From assembly GCA_051313645.2 (NCBI GenBank), contig JBNRSN020000001.1, positions 260,214,001-260,278,000 on the forward strand: a DNA stretch of 64,000 nucleotides. Reading direction: 5' to 3'. Below are positions 35,187-46,700 of this stretch, in pieces. The DNA comes from Centroscyllium fabricii. Taxonomy: Eukaryota. How positions within the stretch are numbered: the stretch's first letter is position 1; each line of letters begins with the position of its first letter. The position numbers and the translations under genes are program-made. Below the pieces are notes generated by a model. That model saw only the letters and a list, made by a program, of their open reading frames with translations, was not told where the DNA came from and searched no databases.

Positions 35187-35824
35187 AGGATAAAAAAAAC
35201 ACAGCTTAAAAAAAAAAGTTATTTACATTTTTTATTTTTCTAAATCGCCAACAATAATTAAAATCTGAAGGAATGAGGCTCCACACTTGTAAACATTAAT
35301 TTTCAGGGCATGAGAGGTTGTTTGGCAGTAATTGCGACTTATCAGGCTGTTAAAAATCCACTTACACTTGAATGGACAAGCCTTCACCTTTTCTGGTGTG
35401 TTTGGAGGCTAAGTCCTGCAACTTCCATGGCCTATAACCTGGTGTGTGACTTGTTCCATGTGTTTCGATGCCGAGTCTCTCGGGAGAGATCGCCTCTCTG
35501 TTATTTTTACTGCAAAATCTGAGCCTATGTGTTAAGCCGTCACTCTGAAAGCTCGGCAGAACCTTCCTGCTGGTCAAACAAAGTTGTTCTCCTTCCTATG
35601 TACAGCACCTAAATTTCACACCCAGTGGGGTTATCCAAACACTTCAGAGTAGAATTACCTACATTTGGGCAGAGTGGGAACAATCTTTACTGTGTTTCTT
35701 GTGCCTCTCCTAACTCATTTACCTCATGTAGTTTGTGGTTCCTCAAAATTTAGTTCCATGTTTAATTTGCAGTTGTTGCCAATATCTGGATATTGAAATG
35801 AACTTTGTGCGATTCTGCTAACAC

Positions 35825-36795
35825 AGGAATCGGAATAGGCCATTCAGCCTCTCGAGCCTGTTTCACCATTCAGTTCGATCTTGGCTGATCTCTACCTCAA
35901 CTCCATTTACCTAGGCTCTATATCCCTTTTTTCCCTTGCCTAACAAACATCTATCAATCTCTCGGTACTGAATTTTTGATTGACCACGCCTCATCAGCTC
36001 TTTGAGAGAGTTCCAGTTTTCCGCTGCCCTGATGTGATGAAGTGCTTTCGAACATCACCCCGAACAGCCGAGTTCTAATTTTAAGGTTATGCCCCCTTGT
36101 TCTGGGCTGTTGCACCAGAGGAAATAGTTTCTTTCCATCTACCCCATTAAATCCTTTAACCATCTTAAACACCAATTAGACCACTCCATGATACAAGCCT
36201 AGTCCATGCAACCTAGCCCCGGTATCATTGTGGTGCATCTGCACCCCCTCCCAAGGCCAATCCTTCCGAAGGTGCGGTGCCCAGAACTGAGAGTAGTTAC
36301 ACTCGATGCAGCCTAACTCATAGAAACATAGAAGATAGGAGCAGGAGTAGGCCATTCGGCCCCTCGAGCCTGCTCCGGCATTCAATGAGATCATGGCTTA
36401 TCATCCAAATTCACTACCCTGTCCCTGCCTTCTCCCCATATCCCTTGATCCCTCCAGCCTTAAGAAATACATCCAGCTCCTTTTTGAATATATTCAATGA
36501 ACTAGCCTCCACCGCCCTCTGTGGCAGAGAATTCCACAGGTTCACCATTCTCTGGGTGAAGAAATTCCTCCTCATCTCTGTCCTAAATGACTTTCCCCTT
36601 ATCCTTAGACTATAACCCCTGGTTCTGGACTCTCTGACCATCGGGAACATTCTTCCTGCATCAAGTTTGTCCAGACCAGTTAGAATTTTATACGTTTCGA
36701 TGAGATCCCCTCTCAATCTTCTAAACTCCAGAGAGTACAAACCCATTCTACCCAGTCTCTCCTCCTACGTCAATCCTGCCATCCCAGGTATCAAC
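35825..36795 (-). mobile_element. Two CR1 3' fragments (35825-36300 older; 36320-36795 younger)
   Basis: ORFs 35954-36175 and 36414-36746. Confidence 0.82.
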
Positions 36796-38101
36796 TAACA
36801 AAAATGAATTGACGGTGAAAGTTACTTGGCCAATACCAGCGATGTGGTCCTGGTTTGTACAAAGCAATAGGTATTACTGTATGTGGAAGTGGCTGTTTGT
36901 CGCAATGTCACTGCGCTGTTTGCACATTGTGGTAAGCTGAGCTGTTGTCGGAACTGGTGGGTTTCCTGCCATTGGTGTAACTGCTGCACTTGGCACAGCT
37001 CAGGAGCGTGTGCGCTGAAACCGTTTACATTTGAGAAGTAATAAAGTTGATCTTGAAGGCGTTTGTAGGAGGGAAGTAAGGCTGGCTGCTTCCTGTCACA
37101 CGTCTTCTAATTTTGGATAGGATTTTACCGCTGCCGTTGAATCTCTACTGCGTTTTGGCAGACATGAGGTTTGATTTCAGAGGAGTAACTGGGGTTGCGT
37201 TCATTTTTCTTCCCTTCATGTGGACACGCTGCTAATACTTGATGATCATGCAGACTTCTTTCTTTACTCTTCCTCTCTGCTGGTTTTACATTGCTCGGAA
37301 AGTTGTAACCTTGGATGTTGCAACAAGCCTAAGTGGATCAGTAGTTTGGGCACGGGTCTGTGGACATCTAGCACTTCACCTAAGTCGTCGTCGTTTCTGT
37401 AAGCACAGACAGTGAGTGTCACCGGCTGTTCTATTGTGAGAGTCATCACAACTGATCATGATTCTGTCCCCTGTCTCATCCCCATCTACACCACAAGCAG
37501 GGGCTTCTTTGACGGCAATCAGACTTTGGCCATGTTTATTTACCTCCACCCCGCCCAGTGTTACTGATGTAAATGATACCACCCTGATCATTGTTTCAGT
37601 TCAGATCCGCTAATTTAACGCCGTTCAAGGTCGGAACTTGGGGCTTCTCTGCGCTAGCCACCGTCCTGATCAGCTGAGACTAGTTTTTCCCTTAACTAGA
37701 TGCAGCATGGGCAAAGGGTTTCAAAAATTTAGGTAGTGGTGCATTAATAGGTCAAAACCTTTCCACACCGACTCATCTCTCTGTTCAGTATATTTGCTCA
37801 GAAATCTTTGTAAATTTTTATTTGCTCATGGGATGTGGCGGTCGTTGCGAAGGACAGCATTTATTGCCCTGGAAGGTGGTGGTGAGTCACTTTCTTGAAC
37901 TGTTGCAGTCTGCGGTGAAGGTATTCCCACAGTGCTGTTAGGTAGGTAGTTCCATGATTTTAACCCAGTGTCAATGAAGGAACGGTGATATATTTCCAAG
38001 TCAGGATGATGTTGGAACTTGGAGCTGGTGGTGTTCCCATGCGCCTGCTGCCCTTGTCCTTCTAGGCGATAGAGGTCACGGGTTTGCGAGGTGCTATCGA
38101 A

Positions 38102-41060
38102 CAGACTGTAAAACTTCCATAGCTATGTAAAAAGGAAAAGATTAGCAAACGTAAACTTGGGTCCCTTACAGGCTGAGACAGGAGAAATTATAATGGGGAA
38201 TAAGGAAATGGCACAGAGGTTAAACAAATACTTTGTGTCTGTCTTCACGGAAGAAGACGCAAAAAACCTCCTGGAAATAGTGGAGAACCGAGGGTCCAGT
38301 GACAAAAGGATTAATTAAGAGGGGGAAAATAGATTGAGAGTATTGCGAGCAGGGAACATAAAAACTGACTGCAAAAGCTTCTATAGATATGTGAAGAGAA
38401 AAAGATTGGTGACTTCAAGCATAGGTCCCTTGCAGTCAGAATCAGGGGAATTTATAATGGGGAACAAAGAAATGGCAGACCAATTAAATACGTACGATAG
38501 CAAGATACTGCGGATGCTGGAAATCCGAAATAACAATAGAAAACACTGGAAAAACTCAGCAGGCCAGGCAGCATCGGTGGAGAGAGAGTTCTGACAAAAG
38601 GTCTTCAACCTGAAATGTTAACTCTGTTTCTCTCTCCACCAATGCTGCCTGGCCAATTAAATACATACTTTGGTTCTGTCTTCACAAAGGAGGACACAAA
38701 TAACCTCCCAGAGATGTTGGGGAACATAGGGTCTAATGAGAGGGAGGAACTGAATGAAATCAGTATTTGTAGGGAAATGGTGTTGGGGAAATTGACGGGA
38801 CTGAAGGCCGATAAATCCCATGGGCCTGATTATCTACAGCCTAGGGTACTTAAGGAAGTGGGCCTAGAAATAGTAGATGCATTGCTGGTCATCTTCCAAA
38901 ATTCTATAGACTCTGGAACAGTTCCCATGGATTGGAGGGTAGCTAATATAACCCCACTATTCAAAAAAGGTGGTTGAGAGAAAATGGGGAATTATAGTAA
39001 GCCTGACATCTGTAGTGGGGAAAATGCTAGAATCTATTATTAAGGATGTGGTAGCCAGGCACTTTAATAAGATTGGGCAGAGTCAACACTGATTTATGAA
39101 AGGGAAATCGTGTTTGACAAACCTGTTGAGTTTTTTGAGGTTGTAACTAGCAGAATAGATAAGGGATGGGGTGTACAGGTACAGGTTGTGCACCGAAAAT
39201 CCGTGTCCCGAAAAGCCGGCAGCTTCAGTCTGCCGGCACAAATTGCCCCGACTGCACTGCGCATGCGCAAGATGGCAGCCGCCATCGCGGCTTCGGCGAA
39301 TGATCTGCGCATGCGCCGAGCGCATGCGCAGATCATTCAAAACGGCTGCCGGGTGTTTTGAATGATATGCGCATGTGTCGCCGGACGGCCAGCGCATGCG
39401 CAGATAATTCAATACGGCCGCCGGTTATTTTCTCGACAGCTGAACCCCGTGACTGAGGCGGACAGTCACTAGGCAACAGCTGTCAGCCTGAGTCTGGCTC
39501 GGCGGCAGCAGCAACCCGAAAGGCGATGGAGAGGGAAGGTGGACCTACTGGGCCCGACCCGCGCCCGCACAACCCTCCTTCCCCCCCCCCCTGCAAGACC
39601 GGCTTTTCACTGCTGCCTGACAGCCCTAAAAGGCAAACGGAACGCCACACAAGCCTGAGCCCCTCAAAAAACTTTGCGGCGGCCATTATTGGTTAATCTG
39701 CGCATGCGCGTGCCAGCCAATCCCAATGTTGTGCGCATGCGCGCGGCCATTTTGAATGGTGCGCATGCGCAGTGTCCAACTTCGTTCTCCCGGTTTTTTC
39801 AGTTTCCCGGCACGGGCCTGGTCCCGCCCGTGGCGGATTAATGGTGCACAACCTGTATTTGGATTTTCAGGAGACATTCAATAAGGTGCCACACAAGAGG
39901 TTATTAAACAGAATTAGAGCTCATGGGATTGGGGGTAATACACTAGCAAGGATTGAGGATTGGTTAATGGACAGAAAACAGGGAGTGGGAATAAACGGGT
40001 CATTTTCTGGTTGGCAGGCTGTAACTGGCGGGTATCGCAAGGATCCGTGTTGGGGCCTTAGCTATTCACAATCTATATCAATGACTTAGATGAGGGGACC
40101 GAGTGTAATGTATCCAAGTTTGCTGATGATGCAAAGCTGAGTGGGAATGTAAGTTGTGAGGAGGATGCAAAGAGGCTTCAAGGGGATATAGACAGGCTAA
40201 GTGAGTGGGCAAGAACATGGCAAATGGAATATAATGTGGAGTAATGTGAATTTATCCACTTTGGCAGAAAATCAGGTTTTTTTAAATGGTGAGAGATTGG
40301 GAAATGTTGGTGTTCAGAGGGACCTGGTTGTCTTTGTACATGAATCGCTGAAAGTTAACATTCAGGCTAAGAAAGCAAATGATATGTTGGCCTTTATTAC
40401 AAGAGGAGCTGAGTATAAGAGTAAAGATGTCTTACTGCAAATATATTGGGCCCTGGTGAAACCATACCTGGAGTAATCATAGAATCCCTACAGTGCAGAT
40501 AGAGGCCATTTCGGCCCATCGAGCCTGCACCGACACATATCCCACCCTATCCCCGTGTGTACAGTTTTGGTCTCCTTACCTAAGGAAGGATATATTCGCC
40601 ATAGGGGGAGTGATTCCTGGGATGGGGGATTGTCCTTTGAGGAGCGATTGAGTAGACTAGGCCTAGATTCTCTAGGGTTTAGAAGAATGAGAGGTGATCT
40701 CATTGTCGAGCACTGTATGAATTTTGTATGTTTCAGTGTATATATGCAGGGCGGATGTTTCCCCTGGCTGGGGACTCTAGAACCAGGGGTCACAGTCTCC
40801 GAATAAGGGGTCGGCCATTTAGGACTGATGTGAGGATAAATTTCTTCACTCGGAGGGTGGTGAATCTTTGGAATTCTCTACCCCCAGAGGGCTGTGGAGG
40901 CTGTCGTTGAGTATATTCAAGACGAGAGATCGATAGATTTTTGGATATTAAGGGAATCAAGGGATATGGAGAGGAAGTAGAAATCAACCATGATATTGAA
41001 TGGCAGAGCAGGCTTGAGGGGCTGAATGACCTATTCCTGCTCCTATTTCTTATGTTCTTA
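38102..41060 (+). mobile_element. Fragmented CR1 LINE with nested PLE palindrome (~38492-38652, TSD CCAATTAAATAC), MITE and SINE tail
   Basis: KSFYRYVKRKR, DWRVANITPLFKKG, FNKVPHKRL and CR1 tail motifs in order. Confidence 0.85.
39182..39855. mobile_element. TA-flanked MITE (Tc1/mariner-pogo-like)
   Basis: TIRs CAGGTTGTGCACC / GGTGCACAACCTG, TA on both sides, interrupts the CR1 GVY-LDFQ motif. Confidence 0.85.
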
Positions 41061-41135
41061 AGCTTTGTCGGATTGCTGCAGTGCATCTTATATTTTGTAC
41101 AAGTTTAAAGTAATTTTTTGTTTTTGTTCCAATAG

Positions 41136-41801
41136 ATTGACGTCAAAGACTATATGCTGGTTGGCTTAAAGGATCAGACGGTGGGCCGATTGCCTGGTAA
41201 AGTTGCCGGTGAGCAATTTGTCATCCAAGATTGTCAGAACTGCAGCATTTACATTTTTGACCACTCTGCCACCATCACCATTGACGACTGCACCAATTGC
41301 AGGATATTTCTGGGACCCATCAAGGGCAGTGTGTTTTTCCGTGAATGTAAAGACTGCAAATGTGTGGTGGCTTGTCAGCAATTCCGTACTCGGGATTGCA
41401 GAAAAATGGACATCTTCCTCTGCTGTACAACGCAGCCCATCATCGAATCGTCCACGGGCATGAAGTTTGGTTGTTTCCAGTATTACTATCCCGAGCTGGG
41501 CTACCAGTTCAAAGATGCAGGCTTGAGTATCTTCAACAACAACTGGAGCAACATCCATGACTTCACCCCTGTTGCAGATGAGAACAACTGGATCTTGTTA
41601 CCTGACGATGCGACGCTGCAGGATTACGTTCCTCTGCCTGAATCTGAGGAGCTGAAATCGGTTCGGATCTCCACCGAGTCGAACAGGAGCATTGTTCCAG
41701 TCACGCGGGGCCAGAGGCACAAGAGCAGCGAAGAGTTGTGCTTGGTGGTGTTTTTTGCCGGAGATTACTCCACAGCCAACGCCAGGAAGTTAATCGATGA
41801 G
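41136..41801 (+). CDS. RP2: RP2 coding exon 2 (TBCC/C-CAP beta-helix GAP domain)
   Basis: T-rich tract plus TAG acceptor at 41135; 666 nt, phase 0/0; IDVKDYML...CQQFRTRDC (arginine finger)...QPIIESS...[12 protein letters not shown]...ARKLIDE; GTGAG donor at 41802. Confidence 0.97.
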
Positions 41802-41979
41802 GTGAGAAAGTCGCAGGGCTGCATTCCGTGTCTTTTGTTTACTATCCTGCTCGGTGTAGTCCAGGGCCAGTGATGTTGCAGTGTTCATGAAGGGAATGTC
41901 CTGTTGCTATGTGCTTCCAGGGCACAAGCTGCGGTCTGAATTGGCAGTGGTTTGCGAGTGACCTGCATCTTGCCTCATT

Positions 41980-42386
41980 GGGCGGCACGGTGGCATAGTG
42001 GTTAGCATTGTTGCCTCACAGCACTGGAGAACCGGGTTCAAATCCAGCCTCGGGTACTATCTGTGTGGAGTTTGCACATTCTCCCCGTGTCTGCGTGGGT
42101 TTCCTCCGGGTGCTCCGGTTTCCTCCCACAGTCCAAAGATGTGCAGGTTAGGTTGATTGGCCAGGATAAATTGACCCTTCGTGTTAGGGGGATTGAATAT
42201 GTGGGGGTTACGGGGATAGGGTGGGATATGTGTCGATGCAGGCTCGATAGGGATCGAGGGATATGGGGAGAGGGCAGGGGCGGGGTACTGGGTTTGGATG
42301 ATCAGCCATGATCTTATTGAATGGCGGAGCAGGCTCGAAGGGCCGAAAGGCCTACTCCTGCTCCTATCTTCTATGTTTCTATGTTT
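41980..42386 (+). mobile_element. V-SINE
   Basis: Same family as 26453. Confidence 0.9.
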
Positions 42387-43096
42387 GCAGAAGTGTGAAG
42401 GCTAGGTGAACTTTGAATAGCAAAAAGAAATTTAAAAAGTCATTTGATTTTTTTTTTTAATTCTCAGTGATAATGTTGGATTATGGGGGTGATCGAGAAA
42501 GCGAGGCAGTGGGATTAGTATTGAATTGCTTAAGCAAAGGGCTAAATTGGGCACAATGGGCTAAATGGCTTCCTGTGCTGTGAACTTCTATGTAACTTAC
42601 TGCCCTGGATTCGGATGACACACATATGAACAATCTGATGTGCTTCTAAATGAACCACAAACACCATACTGGTGTGGGTGTTATAATTGATTTTGTGTCC
42701 CTAGGTTTGGGGTGGGGTAAACTGGACTAGGTTCCTTGCTCCTGGTGGCAATTCAACGACCTCTGCAAATGTGTGTGTGTGTGTTTAGGCGCACTGTGAT
42801 GACCGCATGGCTGGCACTCATTGTCGAAGCTTCCATGTAAATAACAAACACTTGTGTCCGGTACTGGAGGGGTGATGTCAGCCACCGGAACTCCCAGCAA
42901 AGAGCCTTCAGGAGCAAAGCAAATTGCCAAGAAATGAGAACCGAAACAAAGTACTTTAAAAAATGTTCAATTGGACGATTGAGAGTTTAGTTCAATTTAT
43001 TGTGTCAAATATACTAACTTAAACTGCAGCACGGTGCGGCAGGATATCAGGATCTTACAAGCTTTGCATTTAAAGTCTCACTGTGAAGGCCAACTA

Positions 43097-43494
43097 CAAG
43101 TCCGGCACCATTAATCCGGAAACTTCAGTCGTCCGGCACGAATCCGGGCCTCTCCTCGACTGCCCTGCGCATGCGCAATATGGCCGCCGCGCTTGGCTGC
43201 ACATGCCCGGGGCCTCTCCCCAACTGGCCTGCGCATGTACTCTGAGGAGATCGATGGCAAAGAGGTATGATGGAATCTAAATCTACAGTGGGGGGGTGGG
43301 GGGGTGGGAATAATAAAGGGACATGCAAGATTCCTATTGAGTTAGTCCGAACGATTGATGCTTCGGCGAACGCATGTGCAGACCATTCAAAATGGCCGCC
43401 GGCATGTGCAGCGGCCATTTTGAATGGTCTGCGCATGCGCTCGCCGAAGCTTCAGTCGTTCGGATTTTTCACTCGTCCGGCGGTGTCGGACCTG
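43097..43494. mobile_element. TA-flanked MITE, same group as 39182
   Basis: Ends CAAGTCCGGCACC / GGTGTCGGACCTG, flanked by TA; internal GCGCATGCGC and AAAATGGCCGCC. Confidence 0.75.
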
Positions 43495-43653
43495 TACTCT
43501 CTCACCGAGGCGGGGGATGGGGAGAGTTGCTAAGTCTGTTCCTGCATGTTTCAGTAAGCAGTTTCAGTGGCATTTGTGAAGACCAGGAGCAGCTTGTTGC
43601 TGGAATCGGCAGCGCCACGATCCCAAAAACTATGCAGTAGCAACATAACTTCC

Positions 43654-43692
<39 letters not shown>

Positions 43693-43711
43693 CCATATTT
43701 CACTAATCTAG

Positions 43712-46700
43712 TGACGTATCGTCAATATCTTCGATTAAAAGAGTCGACGAGTAGTTGCCGAAACTAAAGGCTTTTAATTGCTAAGAACGGAGCTACCCTC
43801 CAGAACGAACTACAGTACAGGAATGAAGGAGCCTCGGTCAGATCTCACCTATAACGGGGCCTCACCTGGGGGAGGAGTTGGAGGTGTGGCTGACCTGGCT
43901 CCCAACAGTGTCACAGTATACAGGGCTGTGCCTAACATCTGCACAGCCCATCATTAGCCATAATGGTACAGTGGTATAGTAGACATACAATGGTTACCAC
44001 ATTCACCCCTTCTTAAAAACTTTGAGTCCGGGGGGGGTGAATGGATCGAACAGTTCACGATAAGTCTGTCCGGCGGTCGTGTCTGCCTGGAGGACCGCCG
44101 GTGCTCCGGTGTTGGTGGTGGTGCCTCCTGGGTCGAATAGCCCACATCTGCCGGCGCTGTGACTTCAGGTGGCGGTGGGCTCGGCTGGTCCCCGCCGTCC
44201 GGGTCGTAGTCGGGGAAACTCAGGGGCCATCGTGCGTCTGGTGGTTGATCGGCCTGCTGGCCGGCCGGGGGCTCTGCGGTGGTGCTTCCTGCGGGAGCCA
44301 GGTCCCTGATGGACACGGTGTCCTCACGCCCGTCCGGGAACTGCACGAAGGCGTAGTGCGGGTTCGCGTGTAGGAGCTGTACCTTGTCCACCAGGGGGTC
44401 CGTCTTGTGGCTCCGGACATGCCTTCTAAGCAAAACCGGCCCCGGAGTCGTCAGCCATGGAGGAAGAGCTGTCCCCGAAGTCGACCTCCTGTTAAAAGAG
44501 AAAATCAGATCGTGCGGGGTGGCGTTAGTGGCAGTACATAAGAGAGAGCGTATAGAGTGCAGCGCGTCTGGGAGGACTGCCTGCCAATGGGACACTGGAA
44601 GGCCTCTGGACTTGAGAGCCAGGGTGACCGCCTTCCAGATAATCCCATTCTCCCTTTCTACCTGGCCGTTCCCCCGGGGGTTATAACTGGTCGTTCTGCT
44701 CGTGGCAACCCCTCTCTGGAGCAGAAACTGGCGCAGTTCATCGCTCATGAACGATGACCCCCGGTCGCTATGGATGTAGCTGGGGAGACCGAAAATGGCG
44801 AACAGCGCGGTGAAGTGTTTGATCACCGTTGCGCTCGTCATGTCTGGGCAGGGGAAGGCGAAGGGGAAGCGGGAGAACTCATCCACTACCGTGAGGAAGT
44901 ATGAGTTGCGGTCGGTGGAAGGGAGGGGGGCTTTGAAGTCCACGCTGAGACGTTCAAAGGGGCGGGTGGTCTTAATGAGGTGCGCCGTGTCTGGCCGGAA
45001 AAAGTGGGGTTTGCACTCGGCGCAGACAGGGCACTCTCGGGTCATAGCCTTGATCTCCGTGATGGAGTAGGGGAGGCTACGAGATTTAACGAAATGGGCG
45101 AGTCTGGTGACACCCGGGTGGCAAAGGCGGTCGTGGCGGTCCTTCAGCCGGTCTAGCTGGGCACTGGCGCACGGTCCCCTGGACAGTGCGTCCGGGGGTT
45201 CGTTGAGTTTGCCTGGTTGGTAAAGAATGTCGTACTCGTAAGTAGAGAGTTCGATCCGCCACCGCAGGATCTTATCATTCTTGATTTTACCCCGTTGTTT
45301 ATTGTTAAACATAAACGCCACCGACCGTTGGTCGGTGAGCAGGGTAAAACGCTTACCGGCCAGGTAATGACGCCAGTAGCGCACGGCCTCCACGATGGCC
45401 TGGGCCTCCTTTTCCACTGCTGAGTGGTGAGTTTCGGGTCCCTGTAAGGTGCGGGAGAAAAACGCTACGGGCCTGCCTGCCTGATTCAGGGTGGCAGCAA
45501 GGGCAAAGTCCGAAGCGTCGCTCTCCACCTGGAAAGGGATGGATTCATCAACAGCGAGCATGGTCGCCTTGATAATATCTTCCTTTATCCTTGCGAATGC
45601 CGTTTGGGCTTCTACAGAAAGGGGGAAGACGGCAGCCTTGAGGAGTGGTCTAGCCTTATCTGCGAACTGTGGGACCCATTGTGCATAATAGGAGAAAAAT
45701 CCTAGGCATCTCCTCAAGGCTTTGGGGTTGTGAGGTAGGGGCAGTTCTTGCAGGGGTCGCATACGCTGTGGGTCGGGGCCGAGGAGCCCGTTCTCCACCA
45801 CATATCCGAGGATGGCGAGCCGGTCTGTATTGAAGACGCATTTGTCCTTGTTATACGCAAGGTCCAGCTTGTCCGCCGTGGTGAGGAATTTGGCCAGATT
45901 GGCATCGTGGTCCTGCTGGTCGTGGCCGCAGATGGTCACGTTGTCCAGGTAAGGGAAAGTGGCCTGCAAGTCGTTTTGGTCAACCATACGGTCCATCTCT
46001 CGTTGGAACACTGACACTCCGTTGGTCATGCCAAAGGGGACCCGGAGGAAGTGGTAGAGCCGACCGTTCGCCTCGAAGGCGGTGTAGGGGCAGTCGGCTT
46101 TCCGAATCGGGAGCTGATGATACGCCGAATTAAGGTCGATCATAGAGAACACCTTGTACTGGGCGATCTGATTGACCATTTCCGAGATGCGGGGGAGGGG
46201 GGAGGCGTCGAGCCCGGTGTAGCGGTTGATAGTCTGGCTGTAATCGATAACCAGCCGCTGTTTTTCGCCAGACTTCACCACTGCAACTTGGGCGCGCCAG
46301 GGGCTGGTGCTGGCTTCAATTATCCCCTCCTTCAGCATCGGCCCGACCTCCGACCTGATAAACGTGCGATCCCCCTCACTGCACCGCCGACTCTTAGTGG
46401 CAATGGGTTTGCACTTCGGATCGAGGTTGGCGAAAAGCGAGGGGGGTTCGATTCTCAGGGTGGAGAGGCCGCAGACCGGGCTCCGCTTTGGGGGGGGATT
46501 GTCTCGGCTACTGACGATGAGGGGGGGTAAGGTCCCGCCGAACTCCATTGTCACGCTCCTGAAGTGGCACTGGAAATCCAAACCTAGTAAGGCTGGGGCA
46601 CACAACTGTTGGAGGGTATACAATTTAAAATTACGGTACACGCGCCCCTTGACGGTGAGCGTGACGGAGCAGTAGCCGGTGACGTCCGCGGTGTGGGACT

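Noticed and set aside
41802-41873. C-terminal extension of the 239-aa ORF (VRKSQG...)
   Set aside because: Intron read-through past the GTGAG donor; RP2 homology resumes at 62562.
43954-44050. env-like or extra domain at the end of element C pol
   Set aside because: The extension merely reads through the PPT into the LTR; no signal peptide or transmembrane segment.
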